DNA of 64,000 bases from an uncultured Candidatus Saccharibacteria bacterium. GTDB lineage: Bacteria > Patescibacteriota > WWE3 > UBA101185 > UBA10185. The stretch covers positions 53,672-117,671 of the forward strand of contig CAYLMU010000002.1 of assembly GCA_964385105.1 (NCBI GenBank). Direction: 5' to 3'. The notes under the pieces are model-generated. The model was not told the DNA's origin. It did not search any database and was given only the letters and a program-made list of their open reading frames with translations. Both the position numbers and the translations under genes were made by a program. This document shows, piece after piece, positions 30,138 through 39,878 of the stretch. Each line of letters begins with the position of its first letter. Within the stretch, counting starts at the first letter, position 1.

Positions 30138-30188
30138 GAATATTAAAAAAAGGGATAATCTTCATAATGAAAGACTATCCCCATATGT

Positions 30189-30596
30189 TTATTCATCCAT
30201 TGCAGTGACAATTTGATCAAGGAAGGACATTCCCAGAAAAAGTCCATAAATCATGCAAAAAAGTAATGTTATTTTGGCATGATATATACCTTCAAAAACA
30301 ATTCCCAGGAAATTTCTTTGTACTACGACTAATGTTGCTACCATAATAATCACATAAGTTCCCGGCAAAAAATAAGACGTGACACCTTTTGTTGTAAATA
30401 CAACGTTTTTGTGGATAAGTTGAATACTGCATAGTACCATTTCGCTAAAAAAAATAACAAAGGCATAAGTCATTATTCCCCACACTTCGCCATATGGATA
30501 CACTACTCCACTTGTAACAAGATAAAATCCAAAACTTCCCATAATCGGCAAAAAAATCAAAAACAAAAAGATTCTAATGCCCACATAGAATCGCAT
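30189..30596 (-). CDS. Small polytopic membrane protein
   Basis: 135 aa with 4 hydrophobic helices. Confidence 0.45.
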   Translation of the reverse strand: MRFYVGIRIFLFLIFLPIMGSFGFYLVTSGVVYPYGEVWGIMTYAFVIFFSEMVLCSIQLIHKNVVFTTKGVTSYFLPGTYVIIMVATLVVVQRNFLGIVFEGIYHAKITLLFCMIYGLFLGMSFLDQIVTAMDE

Positions 30597-30675
30597 TTTA
30601 TGTCTCCTTTGATATACGCGTATTTAATCTTTTAAGATAAATTTATGGTTACTTTAAATCTTTGAGTACCTAAAG

Positions 30676-31797
30676 TCAATTTATAACAACAATATCGTGA
30701 GCTCCGCTTTCTACTTTCCCTTGCGACGTAATTTGCACAAATTCGGCATTGCTCCAAAGTTCATTTAAATTTCTAGCTCCTGAATAACTGAATCCAGATT
30801 TCACACCTGCAAGCAAAAGCTCAACCAATTCTTCTACAGAACCTTTATATGGCACATACCCGGATACCCCTTCAATGTGCTTGTTATAAGACTCCGACTT
30901 ATTTTGAGGTTCCGATTGAATGTGGTAATTTTTTTCTTCTACCGATGTTGATCCGTTGTATTTTTTGTACTTTTTGCCTTCAATCTCAATAATTTCACCG
31001 GGAGTTTCATCCGTGCCTGCAAGCATACTACCCACAGCAACAGCCGATGCACCTGCAGCCAAGGATTTAACTATATCCCCTGAATTTTTTAGTCCGGCAC
31101 AAGGTATAAAAGTTTTATTATACTTTCTTGCAACCGCGCTAATTCTAAGTAACGAATCAAATGTCGGGAGACCACTCCCGGTTTGGATTCTTGTTGTGCA
31201 TATTGAGCCACCGCCTACTCCAACAAAAACACTGTCTGCACCGGCATTAAATAAATCGTTTGCACATTCGCCTGTTGCACAAATTCCTGAAATTAAAGTG
31301 ATATTATCCATAAATTTGTTTTTTATCTCTCTGGTAAAGTTTATATTTTGTTCCATGTGGCCGTGTGCAACGTCTATGTTTAATACTTTTGCTCCGGCGT
31401 TTACAAGCAGTTCTGCTCTTTCCATGCTTCCCGGTTTAATACCTATGCTTGCGGCAGCTATTGCTCCTTTTGAAGCAATTTGTGCGACTTTCTCTGCTTG
31501 CTGTTCTGCGGCTTCAAAACGTGGAAGTATGCCCATTCCACCCAGTTCACTCATTTTTATAGCCATAGCAAGACCTGTTACTGAATTCATATTTGTGCTT
31601 ATTATTGGCATTTTAAGCGTTAAATTAGATGATATTTTAGTTTCCAAGTTCACTTCTGATCTTGAATTTATTGTGGAATATTTTGGTACCAGAAGTACAT
31701 CGTCAAATGAAAGCGCTAGTTTAAAGGTATTTGGGCTTGGGTTGTGTTGTGACGCAAACACGAGTTTAAGAATACCCCCTAAGTGATATTTAATCAA
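30676..31797 (-). CDS. IMP dehydrogenase/GMP reductase family protein (TIM barrel, no CBS pair)
   Basis: LSFDDVLLVP...PIISTNMNSVTG...GICATGE...GVGGGSICTTR catalytic Cys loop. Confidence 0.75.
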   Translation of the reverse strand: MIKYHLGGILKLVFASQHNPSPNTFKLALSFDDVLLVPKYSTINSRSEVNLETKISSNLTLKMPIISTNMNSVTGLAMAIKMSELGGMGILPRFEAAEQQAEKVAQIASKGAIAAASIGIKPGSMERAELLVNAGAKVLNIDVAHGHMEQNINFTREIKNKFMDNITLISGICATGECANDLFNAGADSVFVGVGGGSICTTRIQTGSGLPTFDSLLRISAVARKYNKTFIPCAGLKNSGDIVKSLAAGASAVAVGSMLAGTDETPGEIIEIEGKKYKKYNGSTSVEEKNYHIQSEPQNKSESYNKHIEGVSGYVPYKGSVEELVELLLAGVKSGFSYSGARNLNELWSNAEFVQITSQGKVESGAHDIVVIN

Positions 31798-32464
31798 TAC
31801 CTTTAATCTTAAAGCTTGTTCTGTGAGCTGAGCACCTGCCGTATTTTTGAATCATTTGCTTATGAAGCTTTGTGCCGTATCCTTTATGCCTGTTAAATCC
31901 ATATTGAGGAAATTCTTGATGCGTTTTTTGCATTAAATTGTCACGATACACTTTTGCCAAAATTGACGCGGCAGCAACCGATAAACTTAAAGAATCACCT
32001 TTTGTAAGATTGAGTTGTTTGTTATGGTAATCTGCCATGTTGAGCTTAAAGTAATCTGTTATTACATATTGCGGAGATATACCCATTTCATTTATTGCTT
32101 TTGCAAATCCGGATGAATTAGCCATTCCTACCCCACTTTTATCTATTTCATCTGTATCTATAACAACAATAGAATAGCAAAGTGCGTTTAATGTGATAAA
32201 TTCAAATAATTTCTTTCTAGCATTGGGACGCATTTTTTTTGAATCATTTATGTGTGTATATTCAGCTAAAATTTCAGACGAGACGTCGTTATTTCTGGAT
32301 ATGCTTGATTCGCTATATAGTCTGTTATACAAATGATTTTTGTCTAAAATCACTGAAGCTACAACTAAAGGCCCAGCCAATGGTCCTCTACCTGCCTCGT
32401 CTACGCCGGCAATATAATCAATTCCTGATGACCATATTTTATTTTCGTATTCAAGCAAACGCAT
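31790..32464 (-). CDS. rnhB: Ribonuclease HII
   Basis: IAGVDEAGRGPLAGPLVVASV and DSKK motifs. Confidence 0.85.
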   Translation of the reverse strand: MRLLEYENKIWSSGIDYIAGVDEAGRGPLAGPLVVASVILDKNHLYNRLYSESSISRNNDVSSEILAEYTHINDSKKMRPNARKKLFEFITLNALCYSIVVIDTDEIDKSGVGMANSSGFAKAINEMGISPQYVITDYFKLNMADYHNKQLNLTKGDSLSLSVAAASILAKVYRDNLMQKTHQEFPQYGFNRHKGYGTKLHKQMIQKYGRCSAHRTSFKIKGID

Positions 32465-32487
32465 TAATTAATATTATATTGAATAGT

Positions 32488-35085
32488 TTAGCTTTCGCTT
32501 TCAGCCGCTTCTTCCTCTAGTACGGCTACTGATGACACATAATCACTGCTATCAAGCCTCATTAATCTAACACCCATCGTTGACCTACCCAACTGCGGAA
32601 TTTCTTTTTTTTGTAATCGAATAAATTTACCGGTACCTGTTGCAACCAAAATATCCCCTTCTACATTTTCATGTAATAATTTGGCGGTTACAATGTCACC
32701 TGTTTTTGCAGTTACTTTATAGGTTAATATTCCTGAACCTCCCCGATTTTGTACTTTATATTCCTCAAGATCGGTTTTTTTACCGTATCCTGATTCGGAA
32801 ACTACAAGAAGATTAATGTTTTTACTCGTTTCAGGAATTATTTCCATAGCTACAACCTTATCGTCTGATTTTAATGAAATTCCCCGAACTCCGGCTGCAC
32901 TTCTACCCATTGGTCTTGCATGGGATTCTTTAAATCTTATAGACTGTCCTTTGGCGGTTATTAAAATTACATCGTTATTACCGTCTGTATATCCAGCACC
33001 AATCAGGTTGTCTCCGCTATTTATACCAATTGCAATTATTCCGCTTGTTCGAATATTTCTAAAGTCTTCTACAGGAGTTTTTTTGATAATGCCATGTTCT
33101 GTACTAAAAACAACAAATCCTCGGTTCTCGTCCAATATTTCAGGTGTTAATACCAAAAAGGCTTGTACTTTTTCATCTTGGCTCAAGCTTAAAAAGTTTA
33201 CTACAGCTGTACCTTTTGAGGTTCTGCTTGTTTCAGGTATTTCCCAAATTCTCATCTTGTACGCTCTGCCTTTGTTTGTAAAAAACAGAGCAAAATCATG
33301 AGTATTGCAAAGTTTAATTGTATCTACACCGTCTTCTTCTTTTAATTCCTGGCCTTTCACACCTTTTCCTCCCCTACCCTGTCTTTTATATGTTCCCTCT
33401 TTAAGTCTTTTAATGTAGCCACTCTCTGAAAATGTAATAATGCACTTTTCATTTACAATTAAGTCACTTTCTTCAAGTTGTCCGACCTTTGTTTTTACAA
33501 CTTTTGTTCTTCTTTCATCACCGTATTTGTCTTTTAACTCCAATAATTCATTTTTTACTTCATTTATGATTTTTTTAGGTGAAATTAGTAAATCCTCATA
33601 GCCGGCAATAGTTTTCACAATTTGCTCAAGTTCGTCTTCAATCTTTTTTCTTTCAAGTGCAGCCAGTTTTCTAAGTTGCATGTCTAAAATTGCCTGTGCT
33701 TGTATTTCGCTAAGGTCAAAATTTTTCATAAGGCCTGTTTTTGCAGTTTCTGCATCAGCGCTGTTTCGAATAAGTTTTATAACTTCATCCAAGTGATCTA
33801 AAGCAATTTTGAGACCTAAGAGTATATGTTCACGGTCTTTAGCCTTTTTGAGGAAGTAAATTGTTCTTTTTACCACAATCTGTTGCCGGTGCTTAACAAA
33901 CTCTTCCAAAACTACTGTTAATGTCATTAATTTCGGTTCGCCGTCCAGTAAAGCCACCATGTTTGTGTTAAAGGTGTTTTGTAATTGGGTATGTTTATAA
34001 AGCTGGTTTTGAACTTTTTTGACAATTGCATCTCTTTTGAGCTCGATTACTATTCTCATGCCTTGTCTATTTGATTCGTCTCTTAAATCTGATATTCCAT
34101 CAATTTTTTTATCTTTTACGGAGTCGGCAATTTTGGATATAAGTGTGGATTTGTTGACCTGGTATGGTATTTCAGTAACAATAATTCGCGTTTTTCCACC
34201 TTTTACTTCCTCTGTTTCCATTTTTGCTCGTGTGATTACTCTTCCCTTACCTGTTGCATACATTTGCATAATTTCTTTTTGGTCATAAATAATTCCTCCT
34301 GTAGGAAAATCAGGCCCTTTTATATGTTCAATTAAGTCTTCAACCGTTGCATTTGAAGAAAAACCTATTTCAGCAATTTTAACTTTATAACCCGGGATAA
34401 TTTCTTGTGCCGTTTCATCACTGCCATCAACACCAATTTCATCCGCCATATCAATCATTAAAGCTAACCCGTCTACGACTTCATTCAAATTATGAGGCGG
34501 AATGTTTGTAGCCATACCAACCGCAATTCCAGAAGCGCCGTTTAATAGCATGTTTGGCAATAAAGAAGGCAAATAAAGAGGTTCTTCATTTTGAAGGTCG
34601 TTTAACACAAAATCTACTGTTTCGTTGCCGATATCCTTAAATAATTCTTCTGAAATTTTATTTAGCTTTGCTTCTGTGTACCTCATTGCAGCAGGAGGGT
34701 CGCCGTCTATGCTTCCAAAATTACCTTGTGGGGCAATTAAGGGGTATCTTAAAGAAAAGTTTTGAGCCATTCGTACCATGGCGTCATAAACGGATGTATC
34801 ACCGTGAGGGTGATATTTTTTAAGAACTTCACCAACAACTGCTGCTGATTTATGGAATTTACCCGAAAATGTCATTCCCTGATCTTGCATAGCATAAATA
34901 ATTCTTCGCTGAACGGGTTTTAGCCCATCCCTAACATCAGGAAGCGCTCGGGATACAATTACGCTCATAGCATAATCCAGATACGCTTTTTGCATTTCAT
35001 CAACAATATTGGATTGTATTATATTTGGATTATCTGTTTCTTCGGGCTCGGCCAATGAAGTGATTTTGTCGGTAGTATCTGCCAT
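32488..35085 (-). CDS. gyrA: DNA gyrase subunit A (contains the GyrA box QGRGGKG)
   Basis: [27 protein letters not shown]; active-site Tyr region; GyrA box [13 protein letters not shown]; beta-pinwheel C-terminal domain. Confidence 0.9.
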   Translation of the reverse strand: MADTTDKITSLAEPEETDNPNIIQSNIVDEMQKAYLDYAMSVIVSRALPDVRDGLKPVQRRIIYAMQDQGMTFSGKFHKSAAVVGEVLKKYHPHGDTSVYDAMVRMAQNFSLRYPLIAPQGNFGSIDGDPPAAMRYTEAKLNKISEELFKDIGNETVDFVLNDLQNEEPLYLPSLLPNMLLNGASGIAVGMATNIPPHNLNEVVDGLALMIDMADEIGVDGSDETAQEIIPGYKVKIAEIGFSSNATVEDLIEHIKGPDFPTGGIIYDQKEIMQMYATGKGRVITRAKMETEEVKGGKTRIIVTEIPYQVNKSTLISKIADSVKDKKIDGISDLRDESNRQGMRIVIELKRDAIVKKVQNQLYKHTQLQNTFNTNMVALLDGEPKLMTLTVVLEEFVKHRQQIVVKRTIYFLKKAKDREHILLGLKIALDHLDEVIKLIRNSADAETAKTGLMKNFDLSEIQAQAILDMQLRKLAALERKKIEDELEQIVKTIAGYEDLLISPKKIINEVKNELLELKDKYGDERRTKVVKTKVGQLEESDLIVNEKCIITFSESGYIKRLKEGTYKRQGRGGKGVKGQELKEEDGVDTIKLCNTHDFALFFTNKGRAYKMRIWEIPETSRTSKGTAVVNFLSLSQDEKVQAFLVLTPEILDENRGFVVFSTEHGIIKKTPVEDFRNIRTSGIIAIGINSGDNLIGAGYTDGNNDVILITAKGQSIRFKESHARPMGRSAAGVRGISLKSDDKVVAMEIIPETSKNINLLVVSESGYGKKTDLEEYKVQNRGGSGILTYKVTAKTGDIVTAKLLHENVEGDILVATGTGKFIRLQKKEIPQLGRSTMGVRLMRLDSSDYVSSVAVLEEEAAESES

Positions 35086-35168
35086 AGCCCATTAATAATA
35101 GCAGTTTTACCGGCATGTTTCAATGCAATGTTTCGCTTAATATTGCGAAATTGTCATAAAATAGCACA

Positions 35169-35198
35169 TTGACGTTACAATTATGATTGGTGTAATAT
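35169..35198 (+). promoter_or_regulatory. Candidate sigma70-type promoter placed so as to give a leaderless mRNA for the 35206 gene
   Basis: TTGACG (35169-35174), an 18-nt spacer, TAATAT (35193-35198), then the ATG 7 nt later at 35206; no SD. Confidence 0.35.
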
Positions 35199-35205
35199 AT
35201 AACCC

Positions 35206-35505
35206 ATGGACAGAGAAACTATAAACTTATTTCTTGAAAAATTTAATCAAATTGATAAAAGATTTGACCAGCTCGATGAGAGATTTAATCAGATAGACGA
35301 AAGGTTTAACCAAATGGATGAGCGTTTTAACCAAATGGAAAGAAGATTTAACAATATTGACGAAAGATTGGAAAGAATGGAATTTAAGATTGACGACACA
35401 CGCTATATTGTTGAAGGACTTGTATCATTTAACTATGTTACAGAACCAAAATTAGATGACCGTCTAAAACGATTTGCTGAGGAAAACGATTTAAAATACG
35501 TATAA
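35206..35505 (+). CDS. Small protein with tandem 7-aa repeats (ERFNQxD, at least 5 copies)
   Basis: MDRETINLFLEKFNQIDKRFDQLDERFNQIDERFNQMDERFNQMERRFNNIDERLERME...; the 21-nt repeats are visible in the DNA. Confidence 0.5.
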   Translation: MDRETINLFLEKFNQIDKRFDQLDERFNQIDERFNQMDERFNQMERRFNNIDERLERMEFKIDDTRYIVEGLVSFNYVTEPKLDDRLKRFAEENDLKYV

Positions 35506-35527
35506 ATTGCACTGTTTGGACATTAAA

Positions 35528-36466
35528 TTATTGTAATGCCTTTTCGATTGCGGGGGCTATATCTTTTTTGCGGCTCATTTTTGGCCCGATATCTGCCAAA
35601 TTTTCATTAGCTTCTGTGTTAAAGGCTTTTTCCACTATTTTCTCTTCAAGGTCACTTGGATATATCATTTGTGAATTTACTTTAAGAATGTCTGTAACAG
35701 CCAAAAAAGCATATTCTGTTTCAAATTTGGCTTTTAAAGAATTTAAAGCTTGTACAAGTGAGTCTTTTTGTTCAACAATAACTTGCGGCTCAACCGTTTC
35801 TACTTGATTAATAAATACCTTGTGTCCGTTAAATTCAAAAATTTTGTAGTCTTTTGTTGAAATTTCTTCCGGACCTAAACCTGTTATATCTGATTTAGCT
35901 TTAAAGAGTTCAAAAATAAATGTATCAAGTTCAATGTTGAGGTTTTCAGATATTTCATTGGCATACTCTGCGTCATAGCCTGTGGTCGTGCTGGATTTTA
36001 AGCCTTGAGTGTCAGATAGTATGGCTGCCAATGTTATTCCCATTACCCCTTTTGATGGTATAAGGCCTTGGGTTTTAAAGTGTTCATATACTAAGGTACT
36101 TGTTGAACCCAATGGTTTAACATCCACGCGCAATGGAGTAATAAAACTCAAATTTACTCTATGGTGATCCAAGATTTCTAAAATATTCTCACTATTAACA
36201 CTTGGATGTCTTTGAAAGTCTTCGTGGTGATCAGTGAGAATGAACCAGTCATCAGAATTGACTTCAAATTCTTCAATATGTTTGGGCAATGCTACTTCAA
36301 AAGTGTCAAAAACAAACACAGTTTCAGGGTTAGGCTCTCCTGCTCTAACCGGAATTAACTCACTGCCTTCATATCTTTTGTATTTTCTCAAAAATTCGGC
36401 ATAAGCAATTGGAGAAGCTATAGCATCTAAATCCGGTGATGTATGACCGATTATGAATATTCGCAT
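35528..36466 (-). CDS. ppaC: DHH-family manganese-dependent inorganic pyrophosphatase (family II PPase)
   Basis: IIGHTSPDLDAIASPIAYA...DHHE motifs; about 310 aa. Confidence 0.65.
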   Translation of the reverse strand: MRIFIIGHTSPDLDAIASPIAYAEFLRKYKRYEGSELIPVRAGEPNPETVFVFDTFEVALPKHIEEFEVNSDDWFILTDHHEDFQRHPSVNSENILEILDHHRVNLSFITPLRVDVKPLGSTSTLVYEHFKTQGLIPSKGVMGITLAAILSDTQGLKSSTTTGYDAEYANEISENLNIELDTFIFELFKAKSDITGLGPEEISTKDYKIFEFNGHKVFINQVETVEPQVIVEQKDSLVQALNSLKAKFETEYAFLAVTDILKVNSQMIYPSDLEEKIVEKAFNTEANENLADIGPKMSRKKDIAPAIEKALQ

Positions 36467-36985
36467 AGATTATAAGTTTAGCATGTGAGATTTAAAGAAA
36501 AAAGGTAAAAAAAGGCGCAACGGTCATGTCCAGAAATAATTCGACTGTATTACAACTGAGCTTTTGCTCTAGTCACAATCGAAAAAGCCTGTAGGGCTCT
36601 GTTTTTCTAGTCATTACGCAGCGCCAAATCGGAAACGTGGGTGTCAAGTTTGAAAGATGTATATATCAAACAAAAAAAATACCTGACACCCACGTGTTGT
36701 TTTTGCGGGAAGAGGACGTTTGGAAGCTTATTGTCGTCGTGGTGCTTCCGGGAATTTGTGGTTGTCCTCTTCCCTTACCTGCAGATGATGCTTCTAGAAT
36801 TTCTCGCTGATAGTTTGCGAGTGCAATCATCCGCACACAATCGCGATATAGCTTATTGCCGTTTTTGGTCACCCCGGCCTGTTTAAGCAAGGGTCGGCAA
36901 GGCTCCATCGCGAGTAATGTTGGAAAGTATACAAAACTATGGGATACTTGTCAAGTAGTAATCTTAGATATAAGAGCAACATACT

Positions 36986-38974
36986 TTAAGTCATATCAAC
37001 TTCGGCGTCTTTGGCGTGGGTTTGTATAAATCGTTTTCGAGGGGCAACTTCTGAGCCCATTAAGGTGCTAAACACTTCTTCTGAGCGTGACATGTCTTCA
37101 ATTGTGATTTTTTTCAAACGGCGGGTTTCAGGATTCATTGTGGTTTCCCATAATTCCTCGTCATTCATTTCACCCAAACCTTTAAATCTTTGTATAACTG
37201 CCTTTTGCCCGTCTGATGTTTTTAAAAATGCTTTTAGCTCTTTATCATCAAACAAGTATTTTTTGTTTTTACCCCAAGTTGCTTTAAAAAGCGGAGGTGC
37301 AGCTAAATATATGTATCCGTCTTCAATAAGTTCTTTCATGTGACGGTAAAAAAACGTTAAATGTAGAGTTGCAATGTGATTTCCGTCAGAGTCGGCATCT
37401 GCCATGATAATAATTTTGTGGTATCTTAAATTGTCTGCGTCGTAGTGTTCGCCTATTCCTGTACCAAGGGCAAGTATAAGGTTTTTAAATTTTTCCGAAT
37501 CAACTATTTTATCAAGTCTTGCCCGTTCGGTGTTAAGTACTTTACCAAATAACGGTAAAATAGCTTGAGTTTCTCGGTCTCTACCCTGTTTTGCCGAACC
37601 TCCTGCAGAATCCCCTTCTACTATAAAGATTTCTGCTTTTTTAGGATCTTTTTCTGAACAGTCAGCCAATTTTCCGGGTAATACTCCCCCGCCATCCATT
37701 GCGCTTTTTCTAATAACTGTGTCACGTGCCGCCTTTGCAGCCATTCTTGCTTTTAATGCCAATACGTTCTTTTCTATTATGTTTTGTGCCACTTTAGGAT
37801 TTTCTTCAAAAAATGTAGCTAATGAGTCACGCGTAATATTCTCGACTGCTGTTCTAACTATTGAATTACCTAGTTTTCCTTTTGTTTGGCCTTCAAACTG
37901 TAGTTTGTCGGCATCAAGTTTTACTGAAATAACAGCAGTTAAACCTTCTTTTAAATCATCACCGGATAAATTGGGCATATTGTCTTTAATTAAATTATTG
38001 TTTCGGGCATAATCGTTAACAACTTTTGTTAAGGCGGTTCTGAAACCTGTTAAGTGTGTTCCACCTTCATTTGTTTTGATGTGGTTTGCAAAAGTTAATA
38101 TATTTTCTGCAAATGAGTCATTGTACTGAAAAGCTATTTCTACGTTTACATTGTCGTGTTCTTTGTTTATATAAAAAATCTGGTCGTGAACAGGTTTTTT
38201 GTTTCGATTTAATGATTTGATGTAAGATTTTATTCCACCATCAAAATAGAAAAAATAAGTTTCATTAGCGCGATTATCTACAATCTCAAATTTTATGTTT
38301 GCCGTCAAATAGGCATATTCTCTAAGCTGTGCTATAAAAAAGTTTAATTTAAAATCGGTTGTTTCAAAAATTGTACCGTCTGGCTTAAAGTGAATAATAG
38401 AACCTGATTCAGCATTCCAGGAATCAAAATTTAAATTAAGCTTTGCATTTTTTATTTTAGTTTTTAAATCACCGGGTTTGAACTTTTCAACAGGGCGAAG
38501 TACTTTTCCTCCGTTTTCATATTCTTGAATGACCCACTCATCCCCTCTTTTAACAATTACTCTTAGCCAGTCAGACAGTGCGTTCACAACAGATGCTCCA
38601 ACACCATGTAAACCGCTTGATACCTTATAACCAGAATCATCACCGCCAAATTTTCCTCCGGCATGAAGCTTTGTAAATGCAAGTTCAAGTGCTGATACGT
38701 TGTAACCTTGTTTTAATTCATATGGAATACCTCGGCCGTTGTCATAAACTGCAACAGAACCGTCGTCAAAAAATTCAACCTTAATGGTGTTTGCATAACC
38801 GGCAATGGCCTCATCCATTGAGTTATTAACAATTTCCGTAACCAAATGATGAAGTCCGGCCTGGCTGGTTGAGCCAATATACATTCCGGGGCGTTTTCTA
38901 ACGGGTTCAAGACCTTCTAAAACCTGTATCTGATCTGCGCCGTAATTACTCTTTTTGTTAGTGTCTTTTGCCAT
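36986..38974 (-). CDS. gyrB: DNA gyrase subunit B
   Basis: GLHHLVTEIVNNSMDEA ATPase lid; EGDSAGGSAKQGRDR Toprim; C-terminal tail. Confidence 0.9.
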   Translation of the reverse strand: MAKDTNKKSNYGADQIQVLEGLEPVRKRPGMYIGSTSQAGLHHLVTEIVNNSMDEAIAGYANTIKVEFFDDGSVAVYDNGRGIPYELKQGYNVSALELAFTKLHAGGKFGGDDSGYKVSSGLHGVGASVVNALSDWLRVIVKRGDEWVIQEYENGGKVLRPVEKFKPGDLKTKIKNAKLNLNFDSWNAESGSIIHFKPDGTIFETTDFKLNFFIAQLREYAYLTANIKFEIVDNRANETYFFYFDGGIKSYIKSLNRNKKPVHDQIFYINKEHDNVNVEIAFQYNDSFAENILTFANHIKTNEGGTHLTGFRTALTKVVNDYARNNNLIKDNMPNLSGDDLKEGLTAVISVKLDADKLQFEGQTKGKLGNSIVRTAVENITRDSLATFFEENPKVAQNIIEKNVLALKARMAAKAARDTVIRKSAMDGGGVLPGKLADCSEKDPKKAEIFIVEGDSAGGSAKQGRDRETQAILPLFGKVLNTERARLDKIVDSEKFKNLILALGTGIGEHYDADNLRYHKIIIMADADSDGNHIATLHLTFFYRHMKELIEDGYIYLAAPPLFKATWGKNKKYLFDDKELKAFLKTSDGQKAVIQRFKGLGEMNDEELWETTMNPETRRLKKITIEDMSRSEEVFSTLMGSEVAPRKRFIQTHAKDAEVDMT

Positions 38975-39144
38975 GCTTTGTTATTGTAGCGAAATTGGTT
39001 ATGTGTTTCAACCGTAGAATTAATACTTGATTCGGGTTTTATTCGCTACCTTTAGTATAGCATTTGGTGAGGTAATTTCAATGGGTAAAAAACAGATACA
39101 CAATAAATCTGATTGTCACAGACCTTCGGCTTTTTTTACTCTTC

Positions 39145-39825
39145 TCACTTAATGAGCGTCATCAAATACTCTAAACCAAGTTTTAAATTAACATTTGTAT
39201 TTTCAAAATCATTCTTAATTTCTAAAATTGCATCAATATTTTCGGTGGCTCCGGATATTTCAGCAAGTAATTCCCTTTCTTGAATAATCCAGCTTTCTAA
39301 CATGTTAATAACTTCGTCTTTTTCTTCTTTTGATGCGTCTGCGGCCCATGCAAGTCGTTCGCCTAGTGTCATTTTTTTAATTTCGTCTATAGCAATTGGT
39401 GTGTTTTCACCTGGTTGTTGGCTGATTTCTTTAAATTTTACCTCAACTCGTTGGCACCTTGATATAACTGTTGGCAATAAAGACTTTAAATTTTTTGCCT
39501 CCAAAATTATGGTGGCGTATGTGGGAGGCTCTTCTAATATTTTTAAGAGTGCGTTTTGTGCCTCGGGTGTTAAAAGATGTGCTTCTTTAATAATTACATA
39601 CTTATAGCGTGAAGAAAAAGGCTTTTGAGTAATGTATTTAATCAAACCCCTAGTTTGGTCTATTCCTATTGAGTTTTTGTCTTCCAAACGTTCAATAAAC
39701 AACACATCCGGGTTGTCATGTATCTTAGTTTCGGTTTGTAAAATTATATCTTCGATTTTTTTAACCCGGTCTTCGCGTAATCCGCCATAAACCAAAATTG
39801 AACCCTTCATAAATTCATTATACAT
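39145..39825 (-). CDS. holB: DNA polymerase III clamp-loader subunit (delta-prime-like); start uncertain (track 39903)
   Basis: SRC motif PTVISRCQRVEV in an AAA+ fold; degenerate P-loop. Confidence 0.5.
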   Translation of the reverse strand: MYNEFMKGSILVYGGLREDRVKKIEDIILQTETKIHDNPDVLFIERLEDKNSIGIDQTRGLIKYITQKPFSSRYKYVIIKEAHLLTPEAQNALLKILEEPPTYATIILEAKNLKSLLPTVISRCQRVEVKFKEISQQPGENTPIAIDEIKKMTLGERLAWAADASKEEKDEVINMLESWIIQERELLAEISGATENIDAILEIKNDFENTNVNLKLGLEYLMTLIK

Positions 39826-39878
39826 TGCATATGTAGCGTGAAGATTGATACAATAAATCTGCATAGCTATTGCTGCCC

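Noticed and set aside
36666-36908. 80-aa minus-strand ORF in the gyrB-ppaC spacer
   Set aside because: It has no SD, sits in a hairpin-dense GC-rich segment and has a low-complexity product. It is more likely RNA structure than coding.
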